In this document: positions 37,576 to 51,105 of the stretch, one piece after another
Position numbering within the stretch: position 1 is the stretch's first letter
Layout: each line of letters starts with the position of its first letter
Assembly: GCA_951406725.2 (NCBI GenBank)
Contig: OX597817.1
Coordinates: 136,524,001 to 136,588,000 of the forward strand
DNA from: Octopus vulgaris
Lineage: Eukaryota
DNA: 64,000 bases
Direction of reading: 5' to 3'
The notes under the pieces: model-generated
Told to the model about the DNA's origin: nothing
Seen by the model: only the letters and a program-made list of their open reading frames with translations
The model's database searches: none
Translations under genes and position numbers: made by a program

Positions 37576-40500
37576 AAAGAGTTAACTTTTTTTGTTTGTT
37601 ACCATATTTCTCATGAATTACTGTGTCTGATATTTTGTTTTTTAATCGATCAAAGATTCAGGACATTTATTTTTGTATTAATGTTTGTTTAGAACATATG
37701 TTTGCAAAATGTTGTTTCATTAAAATCTGTTGGAAGCGTGTAATTGAAACTTAAACCCTTTAAAAGAGGTATTTTCTATGAAGGAATTGAAGCTGGTGTC
37801 TGGCAGGCTAGAATCAAGAATTCAAGATGCCATTCCATTTTTAACTGTAAACTCAAGTCAGCTCTTCATGTTTCTGCTACTAAAATTGGAGAAACAAATA
37901 TTTGGGAGAAAATCTCTTTTTAATTTTCTTGGTTGTAAATAAAAATGTCGAGTCAACATTCATTCAATATAAATATCATAAAGTAGTTTATATTGTTTAT
38001 TATTATTTTGTTATTGGTGAGAAATGTATGATATATTTATTATTGAAGGAGGTCCTTCCTAATGGAACTGTTATGTTTGAGCCACACTACAATGAATGTT
38101 TCATCTACTTTTATATACATTTCTATGAAGAGAAATAAGGAATGGTTGAAAAGCCCTCGTACCGAAACAATGCAACTGATAGAAAAACAAAAATGTAAAC
38201 CTTTCTATGGTCATCGTTTTCTTTGTAATCCATTCTCCTTTCTTCTTTGCTGTCTTCTTATCCATTCTGTTCCAGCCTGTCTTTGTTTCCTCTTCACCAT
38301 TTATTAGAAACATTGACTCAGTACAAGAACTTCAGTTCGCCTTTTCTTACTGCTTAATCCCAATTCCCTTAGCTCTAGTTTCTTAGATTTTATTTCTTTT
38401 TTTACCATTTCTAAACTTCTTTTAAAAAGCCATTTTGATGGTATAACAGTGTTGGTTCTTTTTGTTTCTATTTCATGATAAATTTTGGTAGAATTAATTT
38501 CCTAATGATTATATATGAATGCACATTAACAATTCTATCACCTATTCATCAAGAACCTATCTACATCCAACAAAAGAAAACCTAGATATTAGGTTCCAAC
38601 CACTGTGTCTACAGCTACATGTCTAACTCTTTGTAAACACCAGCATTTATTAATAACATACCAGGCACTTGTGAAGTACCTCCTAACTTCATTGGCTGAT
38701 TAAGAAAATTTCAGTACAATCCAAGCCAAACATATCCCTAGTTGTTCCTCTCCACAGATTCAATATTTCTCTTTTGATTTACAATAGAATGTTATTAAAT
38801 CTTGAGGAACAAATGCCTATTTTTCACTGATAGAATTCATTTTGCCTACAACCATTGAATCATCTTTTGAACCTGTGGGTATATCAACATGGCTTGGTCA
38901 TGAAACCTGATGAAATCTACTCAAATAGTCAAACTTCATCCCATTCCACTAAAATCTACAAAATTTTTGATTTGTTTCCAAATGTTCAATCAATGACTTC
39001 TTTTACATACAACAGATAACCCATCTTTTCTTTATTAATTTAGAAAGAGTTTACCATTAAAAAAAAAATTGTGTGAATCAATACATTTATTATTTTATAT
39101 TTATCTTAAATCTAAGAATTGTAACTGTTTTCACTTAACTTGGATAAAACAATTAAATAAACTAAGCTTACATTGAGATACAATCCAAGTCCTTCTCTAT
39201 AAATAAACTATCGAAAGATGAATGTGTTGCATCTAAAGTGGTAACACAGTGTCATAGATTTAAAACCATGACTTGTTACTTCCAATCTAAGATCTTGGCA
39301 TATTTTTGCTTCGTGCTTCCCTAAGTTACTTCAAGTGACTTCAAGGAATAATCCTTCTCTCTCTGTTGTTGCTACAACCCAACGTTTCTTGTATGTTCTT
39401 TCCTTCTACAGTATTTTTCTAAATTGCTGCACCCAAATTGTTTGTGGTGTATAAATATTGGAACATTTAAACCTGAAGGGAATGAAGTCTTTGCCTAGCT
39501 GAATAGAGGTGTGCGTGTGCATGCATGTGTACATGTGTGTGTAAGAGAGAACGATAGGTGAATGTGAGGGGTAAAAGAAGAAAATGTTTAGAGCATTGTA
39601 TGTTTGTGTGTTAGAGACAAAAAGAGTGAGTGTAACAGAGAGGGGGGGCAAAGAGGGAGAGTGTATGTGTGTGTGTGTGGTAATGCATGTTGGAATGAGA
39701 AAAAGAGGAAATTCTGTAAGAAAGTATGTTTGAAATCCTGCAATTCTGTTCTCATCAGGAACAGTGTTCATGTATCATGAAACTTTGTGTTGTGAGATAA
39801 AGTAGCAGTGAAAGGTTTGTTTAGTTCTACTCTGACTTCTGTATACAATATGTTATTAGTCCTTACATCAATTCTTTTATATAGTAAATTATACTAAGAA
39901 CCAGCATTATCTTGGTTGTTGTTTGTTTACAAATGTTACTGGCCAGACTCCAAACAGTTGCCTTAACAACAGACAAACCTTAAAAGAATTCCTATCCAAA
40001 GAAAATAAATTTATAGGAATTTTTAACAGTGAAGACAATATGTAAATTCATGCTTGTAAATATTTTCTTTTTATATATTCATAATTCAATTTTAATTCAT
40101 TTAGATAAGAAAATTGATTGATATATGATACAATATGGTGTTTGTATGTATGTATGTATCTATATATATGCACAATTGGGCCCTTTCCCCATTTCCTCCC
40201 CAAGACACCCCTTCCAACTATCATTGCTCTACTTGCAGCTTTTCCCTGATACCATAAGCTTTCTTATCATAAGGAGCCATTACATGTCATATCCATCTCC
40301 ACCCACATTTTCCATTGATCACTTCCCTTTTCTGAGCCTCCACATTATCTTTCCTTCTCCACCACCCCACCTTTCTCACTCTATCCATGCACCATGTATG
40401 TCACCCTCATATGTCATTGGCCTCCTCCATACCTTACCCACAGATACACCCCTCAACATACTCTACCTTCACTATGTACCATCTCTGAACACTTGTTCTT

Positions 40501-40901
40501 TCATTATAGTCATCTCCTCACCCATTGTCCACCCCTTCCCCACGTTCTTGCAATCTCTCTCTGCCCATACTCACTTCTGCTCACCTTATATCTTGAAAGT
40601 CCACCCAGACACCTCATCACCTCTATTTTTTATCTCTTCCTAATTTCACCCCAATCACCCCTACCCTCACTTTTAAAAAGTAAAGTGCAGTGGAATGTAG
40701 CATGTCCACCAAAGTTACACTGTTCCCGATTTGGGCCATACAGAATATATCAGGGCTAAAGAAGTATTACCTGATGTCAGCCATAATAGGAACATTAAAA
40801 GCAACTCTACAAAGCAAAGTAATGTATTTCCTTTCACAAATCAAATAGCTACAAATGATATAAAAATATCCACATCCACTTGATAAAATATATGTAACAA
40901 T

Positions 40902-41305
40902 GCACAGGCATAGCTGTGTGGTAAGAAGCTTACTTCCCAACCACATGGTTCCAGGTTCAGTCCCACTGCATGGAACCTTCGGCAAGTATCTTCTATAACC
41001 TCAGGCAGACCAAAGCCTTGCAAGTGGATTTCGTAGGCAGAAACTGGAAGAAGCCTGTCTTATATGTATTTATGTGTGTGTGTGTGTGTGTGTCTTTGTG
41101 TCCGTGTTTTCCCTCCACCATCGCTTGACAACTGATGGTGGCATGTTTATGTTCCTGTAACTTAGCAGTTCGGCAAAAGAGACCGATAGAATAAGTACCA
41201 GGCTCATAAAGAATAAGTCCTGGGGTTGATTTCTTTAACTAAAACCCTTTAAGGTGGTGATCCAGCATAGCTGCAGTCAAATGACTGAAACATGTAAAAG
41301 AGTAA
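40902..41305 (+). mobile_element. tRNA-derived SINE (family A)
   Basis: Full-length homologue of 3515-3895. Confidence 0.88.
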
Positions 41306-42517
41306 CAATACATGGATATCAACAGAAAAGAAACAACATTTTAACTCCATCTTACAGGACGTCTCTGGCTTCTTCTGCTTAATCAACAATCTCTTTTGTT
41401 GGAATTAAGTTTAGTATTGTATATTCAGAACTGTGTGGGGATAGGATGGTTTTGGTTTCTGGATCATGTCTTTATTCAACAGAGACCTTTCCCATAAATT
41501 CATTCCACAGAGAGCCTCAATTTCTATGTCAATCAGAGCATGCACACATGTGCGTGTGCACTTGCGCGCACACACACATACACACACAGAGTTAGTCACT
41601 CTTGGATAATTTTTACATATTTCTACTAATTCTAAATTTGCTACTTGAAGTGGACTGAATGAAAAAAAAATACCAGCACCTCTTGACCAAGTGACCTTAT
41701 TGTCTGAGAAGAAAGCTCTCTCTCTCTTTCTCTCCTCTCTGAAATGAATGAATGCCTCAATTATGTAGGTGTAAATGGCTGTCCTTCCTGCCTTCAAAAA
41801 ACATCTCTATCTCCCCACCATCATCATCATCATCATACTGTTACACCATCCCACAAGGTGGCAGCAACCTATACAAATTTAGGTTATTGATCTTCACTCT
41901 TATTCAATAACGTCTCCTCTTTTCGTTTGGCTTCAGTTTTCATTTTTATAACTGTACTTATGTAGTTTGTTACTGCTCAATATTTTACACTTATTAAACA
42001 TACAACTTCTTTTCTTTTCCCATTCTCTTCACTTTCTTCTCTTTCACTTTCAGTTTTTTATATTTCCCAACATCTCTCTCTCTCTCTTCCTTCTGCCTTC
42101 TCTTTTAGTTATTCTGTTTTTCCTTTCTTCCCTCCACAGTTATTTACTCTGTATACTTCTGTATTCCCTATTCCATCCTTCATACATTATAACTTTACTT
42201 TTTTTTCTTTAACCTCTCTCTCTCACACACATACACACACATATATCTACATATAAATACATATGTGTGTATGTGGGGCAGTTTTAAATATAGACTGACC
42301 TGATTCCCACAAATGGCTACTTACTGAATTCATTCTTTAGATCCATTAATTAATTAATTTCATTTTCTCTATCATTTATTCATATTTTCTTTTGCTTTGT
42401 TCTCCTCTTATTTCACATTCTACTATATCTATAACAGGGCTATATTTCAGTATAATTATGTATTGTGGTAAATATGTATGTGAGCATATTTGCACACATA
42501 CCCATGTGTGTGTTTAA

Positions 42518-42572
<55 letters not shown>

Positions 42573-43929
42573 TGTATCTATGCGTACATGCATTAGTGCA
42601 TTGCTAAATTTAAAATATATTGTGTACATTTGTGGTGTATACATGTATCTGCACATACACACACTCACAGATAGTTAGTAACAGGCACACACGTGCTTGT
42701 ATATCTATCTACCAACATGCTTTCATATATTCACTCATATAAATACACACACATGCCAGCAACCACTAAAGAAATGTTACCGAGCTATTTGTGTGTGTGT
42801 GTAAAGATGACTGTGGAACAAAAGTGAAAAAACAAGACTGAACACTGTCAATGCATCTATATGTGTGCAGCTGTTCGCATCCCCTCTGTCTTGCTGCCTA
42901 GTTTATTAGCAGTTTAAATGAAAAATAACTCTAAGAAGAATTTGACAGAATTTACCTTTAAGTATTCTGATTTTCAATTTCTGTTCCTGAAATAAAATAC
43001 AACCTGATATTACCTGATACAACCTGATATTCATTGCAGCCATGAGTTGGTGCAAATTGTTATTTATTGAAAACAAACTTAACTAAAAATTTTAAATGTT
43101 TGTGTCCTTTCTGTGGTTTGGGGTCGATTTGTTTGACTAAAACTCTTTAAGGCAGTGTTTCTAGCATGGCCACAGTCAAATGAATGAAACAAATAAAAGA
43201 ATAAAGGAAAAGATATTTTGGTTTAAAATTGTTTTAGCTTTTACAGATTTTGTTTCAACATTTTACATTTTTTAAAAAAGTTTATTAAATTTAATTCCGG
43301 CGTTTGTTTTAAAAGAACGTAGAAAATATAATGTGCTGAACTTGACTTAGGAATAAATATTTATAATGATTTTAATTAAATATCTTTCACAATTTAAAAA
43401 TTTTTATTTTTTAAAGTTTAAAGAAAGAGGATTCTGTTAATTAATACTTATTACTTAATACCATTCATGAAACTTGAGTTGTGTTTGGAACTGCTACAAG
43501 GCTTACATAACTACTGAAAATGCTAATAAATGAGTGTCTTAATCATTGTTCAGTCCCTAAAGTTTTGCTGTTGCTGCTGATAGTTTTGTGAATTATAATG
43601 AGTCTGGTGTGAAAGAATTTAATTCATACAAACATTTAACAACTAAGGCTGTTGTATTCCAGTCAAGGTAGGGGACTCTCTCAGCACCTGAACAAAAATG
43701 TCAGAAGTGGTCACCTCTAGATGTAACAAGATCCAGACTCCAGTTTTAGAATGGACAATTTAATAAAAAAAAACAAAAAAAAACAATAATATTTTCTACT
43801 GTTGGCTTAAGGCCTGAAATTTTAGATTATATTGACCACTTAACTGGTACTATTTTCTCAACCCCAGAAGGCTGAAAGACAGTCAACTTTTGTGCAATCT
43901 GAACTCAAAACTATTTTTAACTTATGTTA

Positions 43930-44176
43930 AAAGAAGACCGATCAAGCCAAGCAAAATCGCAGTCATGGCAGATACTGGTGGCACACAAATGGCACCTGTG
44001 CAGGTGGCACGTAAAAGTACCGGTTACACTCTTAGAGTGGTTGGCATTAGGAAGGGCTGTAGGAAACCATGTCAAATCAGACTGGAATCTACTAGTGCAG
44101 CCTTCCAGCTTACCAGCCCTGGTCAAACTGTCCAACCCATGCCAGCATGGACAACGGACATTAAATGATGATGATG
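43930..44176 (+). mobile_element. RTE 3' tail, apparently nested in a family-B SINE
   Basis: Tail ends TTAAATGATGATGATG; minus-strand SINE sequence before it (43790-43910) resumes after it (GAAATGCTGCTAAGCATTTT). Confidence 0.7.
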
Positions 44177-44277
44177 AAATGCTGCTAAGCATTTTTCCTA
44201 GTATGCTAGTGATTATGCCAGTTCACTACCTTAATAATGACAATGATGATAACAATAATAATAATAATAATAATAAT

Positions 44278-44490
44278 TCTTTCTACTACTAGCACAATGC
44301 CCAAAATTTTATGGAAAGGGACTAGTTGATTACAATCCCAGTATTTTTGCTGGTACTTAATTTATTAACCCCAAAAGGATGAAAAGCAAAGACAACCTTG
44401 GTGGAATTTGAACTCAAAATATAAAGCCAGACGAAATGCTGCCAAGTATTTTATCTGGCGTGATAACGATTCTACCATCTTACCACCATA
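44278..44490 (-). mobile_element. tRNA-derived SINE (family B variant)
   Basis: GGAATTTGAACTC (reverse B box) and AAAGGATGAAAAGCAAAG; flanked by AAT/AAC runs. Confidence 0.75.
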
Positions 44491-45555
44491 AAATAACAAC
44501 AACAACAATAACAATAATAATAATAATAATGATGATGATGATAATTTAATTTACATTCTAAAAAGGAAGACAAATCAAATCCCCTTTTAAGCTAAATATT
44601 TAATAATCAGTGACTGTTTCCATAAAGTCCCATAAACCTACCCTTATTTGTGCTTCTCTGTGCTTTTTTGTCTGTATGGATTTCTTGTTTAAAAATTTGC
44701 TGATATTTACAACCTCTCTGATGTTTTGAACTGTATAATCAGAATTTGAATTTATAGTCTTAAATTTCTCATGAGATATTAACTCTACTTTCCTTTTTAC
44801 ATGTTATGAATTAATCTGTGTGTGTATGTGTTACATGTATGTGGAAGGCAGTGGGAGGATTTATGGTGTTCACAAATAACTGCTGGATATAGAAGTAATC
44901 TTTTTTTTTTATTGCTTGATGGTTGTGCTAATAGTTAAGGTGAAGTGTAGGGGTGAATGGTGTGAATGAGTGTTTTCCTGTCATCAAAGTGAATGACAGA
45001 TTTGTAATTCTGACATTTCACACCAAATCCTAGACCAACATGACACACACACACTCTCACTCTGGCTGTCTGTCTCTTTCTCCTCCTCCTTCTCCATTTT
45101 GATGAAATATAATGAAATCTAGGTTGCCCTTGTATACAGGAATTAATGTGGAGTATTAAAAGTAAATGAAATATTATACAGAAATATAGGTGAACTTGCT
45201 TGTTTATTATCTGTGTATATATTTGTACTGGAGTGTGTATAATTGTTCTTGCTTTTGAGGTTCCTGGAACTGAGCAGATAATGTGACCCTAGGTATATAA
45301 GATTGTATAACTATGGGGCTTCTGGTCAAACTTCATCAGGCGTAATCTGTATCATCATGACTTTATTGTTGCTACAATTTTAACTTGTACAGTATATAAT
45401 ACAGGATTGGTTAACCAAAAAAATGGTGGTTCCATGTGCATTTTCCCTGTTGCTATTATGGCTTGGAGACTTTTCTGTACTTATAAAGTCTGTCTGTCTT
45501 GTTTTTCTCTCCTCATTAATTCTGTTATTGGAAAAAAGCAAAAGAAAAAATTTCA

Positions 45556-46833
45556 GTTCCTTTCAATTTGCTGGCCAGATTTTTTAATTAATTATTTTAT
45601 TTAACTAGACGCTATGAAACTTCGGATACTGGTAGAATGTGTTACATAGAACAGGGTTTACTCTTAACATTTTTGACAAAATTTTGTATTTTAGAAATTA
45701 TTTCATGTTAAAGTTGTTGTATTTGGGTAATTTTAACCAATCAATGACATGCATTCAGAATACAGAATAGAAAAACCTCTCTCCTGTGATATACATGTAG
45801 AGTCCATTATGTCTGGGAAGAAAGACGGAATGGTCACAGTTGGGACGTCTTTGATCACATCTGTTCAATCAGATCCAATTTGGGACTAAATAACAAGTGA
45901 CAAAGGGAACAAGACGAGGTAACGAGACAGCCTTTACCTGGTCGCTCAAGTTGCTAGAAAGAGCAACCAAATCTTTCTGACAAAAAGAAAAATGAAATTT
46001 CTGTCTTCAAGAAAAAAAAAAGTGCAAGTTTATATTATTTTATAATGTTTGCTTAGAAATTCATTACCTCTAGAAAAGAATACGACAAAATGTTCATGGC
46101 TGGAATACCTTTTCTCACATCCATTACAATCAGAGCTATCCTGTGGTTAAAATAATATTCTTCACTAAATGATGAAGCAGCTAAAGTTAATGAAAAGTTG
46201 AAAGAATAAAAGATAGCAAGAATCCATATTCCAAATATTGGAATTCTCTTAATTTATTCAGATTTTTGTATGAAATAAATAGAAATTGTTATGGGAACTT
46301 GGTACATATTATAGCTATTATCCACAGATTTTTTAATTAATATTTTTTAATGAAACAGTTTGAAACTTCAGATACTGGTTGAATGTATCAGATGTTTTTC
46401 TATTCCTTACGTAAAAAAAGTTTGGCTACTTTTTCTAGCAGGTCATGCAACCACATACAGGCTCCATCGGTCTGTTTCATTAATAATTTTGTTGTTATTT
46501 AGCCTCAAATCAACCGATACAGCAAACCTGTGTTGCTATAAAAACATCTCTGGTTATTATTAAAGAAGGGTTTTGTTAGGGGAGTGGACCCAGAAGTTGT
46601 TGTTCGCAAACAGCAGCAGTAATTTTCTTCAGCTGAACACACTTTGTTGATTGGTTAAAATTACCCAAATACAACAACTTTAACATGAAATAACTTCTAA
46701 AATACAAAATTTAGTCAAAGCTTTTAAGAGTAAACCCAGTTCTATGTGACACATTCTACCAGTATCTGAAGTTTCATAGTGTTTTGTTAAAAAAATATAA
46801 TCAAAAAAATCTGGCCATCAAATTGAAAAGATC
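45556..46833. mobile_element. Fold-back/MITE-like structure with ~190-bp inverted arms
   Basis: 45556-45744 is the reverse complement of 46647-46833 with few mismatches; a partial third arm copy lies at ~46324-46390. Confidence 0.85.
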
Positions 46834-47157
46834 AGCATCTTGATTCCTTAAGGAATAATGCCACATCTTTAACTGAATTGTATTTTTTCCTTCTCACCAA
46901 TTCCTTTTATTTCTTAGGAAAGAAAGACAAATTTTCTGTGAGCTTAAGATGCCAGGCAATGTGGTTGCTCAACATGCTAGAGAAAATATCCCTGTAGAAT
47001 CTCCCTCTAATGACTCTCCAACTCTCTGTTACAAATCACAAAATACTCCTGTTGGCTTTTTGAGTGAGGATTGACTAGGAATTTAGTCCTTTTGATAACA
47101 ACTTACCTGACACTGCTCTTGAGCCTGTGACACAAACTTGCTGTTTTAAAGTGATTC

Positions 47158-47360
47158 AACTCTTTTGCATTTAAACTGGTCACATCCAACTCAAATAGTC
47201 TACCTGTTCTATGTTTAAACTGGCCAGATACAGCCTCTCGCACCTATCCTGCAATGTCATTCTCAAGGTGAAGCTGCAAGATAAATACATAATTAATTCA
47301 AGACATTATGAATAAAGAAGTATTTCATTTGACAGAGTAATCTGAATGCTAAATGATCAA
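47158..47360. mobile_element. Degenerate TTAA-type MITE
   Basis: TTTTGCATTTAAACTGG...TAATCTGAATGCTAAA; homologous to the 20880 and 50879 copies. Confidence 0.6.
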
Positions 47361-48529
47361 ATCAGAATCTTCCATCAAACTTTATATTCTCATTTCCTAA
47401 ACGCTGGAGAAATTTGGTAATGAAAGCGTTAAACATCTGCACATTTGGCATTTTATGTATTTACAGAGTGAATAGTTTTTGTCTGAGTCTGATTGGAAAC
47501 CTGATCATCCTCTAAGTGACTATTAAACCATTAATGACCAAAGGGATATTACTGTCTTAGTAGAACAGAGGTAAAGGAAGGAAGACCCAAGATTTTTAGG
47601 GATCAGGTTCAGAAAACATTTCCTTATTTATTCTTGTTTTCACCATGTTCCATCTTCAATGTATGTCTGATATGAAATGGCCTCTACCTGCTCATGCCAT
47701 TTCCACCAAATGTCCCTCATATCATACCTATGCTTTTGGAAAATAAAAAGCTTAGTTATATTGGGCAAGCTAATCCTTCATACACTGGAAAAAAGATTGC
47801 ATAGTCACAATGGGATATAGTAAAGTTGTGATGGTCATTGTTGGAATATCTTTGATTGGGACCCTGCTTAGACCTGGTTAAGGGATATCTGAATGTTCAT
47901 ATGCAAAGAAAAGTAAGTATATTCCTAAAGTGTGTGTGTGTGTGCACATGCATATATGTGTTATATTTTTTCTAGCACACTAGCACAGTCCTCTTGTTAA
48001 ATTGTTTAAATGGAATTTTGTTGACCTTAATGGGTTAAATGGAATTTTGTCAACTTGTCCTGAGCTGGACTTGGCAATCGTTAAAACCAATCATTCCAGT
48101 TGGTATCTCTTTTCCTCAGTACCATCGTGTTTAAGTTTAATATGAATGAAACCCTAATTACAAAATTACTTGTTCTCCCTTTCCTATGCTTATATTAACT
48201 GGATTAGTTTAATTAGTCTGTTACTCTTTACTTCAAATTTCATTTTGTATTCTGTTCATTTTTGTTTGCCTGAAAGCTTGAATATTTAATGACTATTTCT
48301 AACGAGCTGGTTGAAAAACTAATAATTCTTTCAAACTTGTATTTGAAATCTTAGTCCATTTCCAAGAACTGACTCTCTGTTGCTGTATTAATCTAATTTT
48401 ATTGATTTTCGAGTGAATTGTTTCACACAATTGAACTTTGATATGAAATATTTAAAAAAATTTTTTGTTATTCTATTAGACTTTAAAAAATTTTTTTTTT
48501 TACTAAAGTTAGAGATTATGACAATATAT

Positions 48530-48880
48530 TCCTTTCTACTATAGGCACACTGCTTAAAATTTTTGGGGAAGGAGTAAGTCAGTTATATCGACCTCCACAA
48601 AAAGATGAAAGGCAAAATTGACCCCAGCAGCATTTGAACTCAGAATGTGAAGACACATGAAATACCCATTTCTTTACTGCCCACAAGGGGCTACACACAG
48701 AGGGGGCAAATGGGTTAAGTCGATTATATCGACCCCAGTGCGTAACTGGTACTTATTTAATTGACCCTGAAAGGATGAAAGGCAAAGTTGACCTCGGTAG
48801 AATTTGAACTCAGAACGTGGTGGCAGATGAAATACTGCTAAGCATTTCGCCCGGTGTACTAACGTTTGACCACACTGCTA
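48530..48880 (-). mobile_element. Two adjacent or nested family-B SINE copies
   Basis: Duplicated GATGAAAGGCAAA..TTGACC...ATTTGAACTCAGAA blocks. Confidence 0.8.
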
Positions 48881-48925
48881 CCATAATGATAGCAGTTGTT
48901 TCTTCTTTTTCTTCTGCTGCTGCTG

Positions 48926-48964
<39 letters not shown>

Positions 48965-48966
48965 GT

Positions 48967-49257
48967 CCATGGCAGTGACATTGACTTGGATTCAAGTAGT
49001 AGATCTGTTGTAAGTGATTGAGCCTGTTCATCTTGATGGGTGCAAAAGGTGCCAGTGCTTGAGATGGCTGTTCAGGCCAAGGGCAGTATAGAAGAGCTAG
49101 GAGTTGGTGGGGGACACTGTTCCATGGACTGAAAATACCTGGGTGACAATCACGAAGAACTGCTCAAAGTGGCGACATAGCATCGTTAAGGAAACAGACT
49201 TAGTGGAAAATTAGACATCATGAGGCAGAAATCAGACATTGAAGACACAAAGAGTGA
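48967..49257 (+). mobile_element. 5'-truncated retroposed fragment with (CTA)n tail
   Basis: Flanked by the direct repeat (CTA)nCTTGT ending at 48966 and 49276, consistent with a TSD. Confidence 0.5.
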
Positions 49258-49817
49258 CTACTACTACTACTACTTGTTATATAATCACTTTCGATCTCAC
49301 TCTGAAAGAATTGTTTAATTGATTTATAAAAAGTTGTTTGAGACATAGAAATTACAGTAACCTAAAATATTTTAAAATGGGCCAAAAACCGAACAAACCC
49401 AGAATCATATGATGCTTAGGTGGTCTGTGTAGACAAATCTTGGATTTATTGGTTATAGGTGCCTTAGGTTTCTGTGGTGTTAAGAGAAAAGTTTTTGATG
49501 TTTTGGACAAAATCTTTCTTTGGTGGAAGAACTTAGACAGGGAACTTAAGCCAAATGATTATGACAGAGTGGAGTGTGATTATGAGTGAAGGAGATTTAA
49601 AGCAGTCAGCAGATGATAATTGCTATGTAAAACTGTGTGATGAATGAAGTCTGTGAAACTAAAAAAAAAAAGAAAGAAAGAAAGAAAAGACTTTCTCACT
49701 CTTTGAAGAAAGAAGTTATGTGAAATGCTGGAAACTTCTTTTCAGATGTGTGTATAAAAATGTGCATACACCTATATGTATTTGTATTCATACATATATA
49801 TGCATACATATTTATAT

Positions 49818-50080
49818 GTGAAGGTCATTGTCCTAGTAGTTAGGGTTTGCACTGATGATCGCTAGCTTGTGGGTTCAAATCCTGGACTGAGTGACGCATT
49901 GTGTTCTTGAGTAAATGCACTTTATTTTATGTTGCTCCAGTCGACACTTCCCGCCAAGGAGATTGTTGGCTTTCTTGTGTAGCCAGTGGGATGGTATGAT
50001 TCGAAAGCTAAACCAATGCAAAGCACATTGTGATCAGCAATGTATGACAACATCTGATAGTCTGATCAATCACATGATTA
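49818..50080 (+). mobile_element. Degenerate tRNA-derived SINE
   Basis: CCTAGTAGTTAGGG A-box-like, GGTTCAAATCC B box, TTGTGTTCTTGAGTAAA core. Confidence 0.7.
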
Positions 50081-50116
50081 CATGATATATATGTATTTTT
50101 ATGTTTATATAATCCT

Positions 50117-50163
<47 letters not shown>

Positions 50164-50878
50164 GGCTGATCATTAGTAAGGAAAGACACACACACAAAAA
50201 AGCAAAAAGCAAAGGACCAGTGATGAGGTCATAAGTGTGATGAAAGAACTCTGACTGAAATATGATTAACATAGAATAAAGCTGAAGCAATTACACACCA
50301 AATATATAGTGTGTGTGTTTTTATTGGCTAAACTGGCAACATGACCATCCCCAAATACAACAATATATAAATATCTTTATTTGTATATACGTAAATATAT
50401 GTACACACATCATCCATCATCATCATCATATGGGTTGGATGATCTTGAAGGAATTCAACTGGTCGGAAAACTATGTTGAGCTCCAATGTTTTCTTTCTGG
50501 CATGATTTCTATGGCCCGATGCACTTCCTAAAGCCTAAAAATATAGATGTGTGTGTGTGTGTGTGGATTTATGCATATATGTACAGTATTTACATTTGTA
50601 AAATAAGAAGTGTATGTCAATGAAACTGAAGTTTTGTTAAGTCTTATATCCCATTTGCAGCAATATTTCTGGTAAAATAATCTCTCCATGTGTTTAGTCA
50701 GCAACAAGGAAGGATTTAGTAAAATATTTGAGCTTTTCAGTTGTGTTTAGAACAGAAATTAACGAGAAGACCTTTAACTGAAACTATAATTGATGACTTA
50801 CAAACACTTCAAGACTTGGTTGTTTTGTTCTATAGGAGACAGTTTCAAGCAACTACCACAGAATTCAAAGTTCACACA

Positions 50879-51105
50879 TTAACCCTTTAGCGTTCAAGTT
50901 TCTCTGCCAAATGTTAAGCTTATTTTTTCATTTTGTTTTCAATTAATCAAGCACTATCTCGTAGCTTTGAGATTTTGATGATGTGAAAGTTTATTTTTAC
51001 AGTGACATTATAGGGTAGGTGTGACATAACCTGATCAGGCCAGTTTCAGTATAAAACAGAATATTTTGGCTGGGTATGGCTAGTTTAAACATTATAAAGG
51101 TTTAA
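50879..51105. mobile_element. TTAA-type (piggyBac-like) MITE
   Basis: TTAA-CCCTTTAGC left end and TAAAGG(T)-TTAA right end; two homologues elsewhere in the window. Confidence 0.65.

Noticed and set aside
40125-40759. Longest ORFs in the track (172 and 121 aa)
   Set aside because: Pyrimidine-rich low-complexity sequence similar to 35270-35700; no domain or splice support
46918-47074. Acceptor plus short ORF MPGNVVAQHARENIP...
   Set aside because: Overlaps a degenerate repeat (GGTTGCTCAACATGCTAGA, similar to 21210 and 45940) and has no donor
47797-47810. TTGCATAGTCACAA, identical to the first 14 nt of miR-153
   Set aside because: The 3' part diverges, there is no upstream complementary arm, and it lies in degenerate repeat-like sequence
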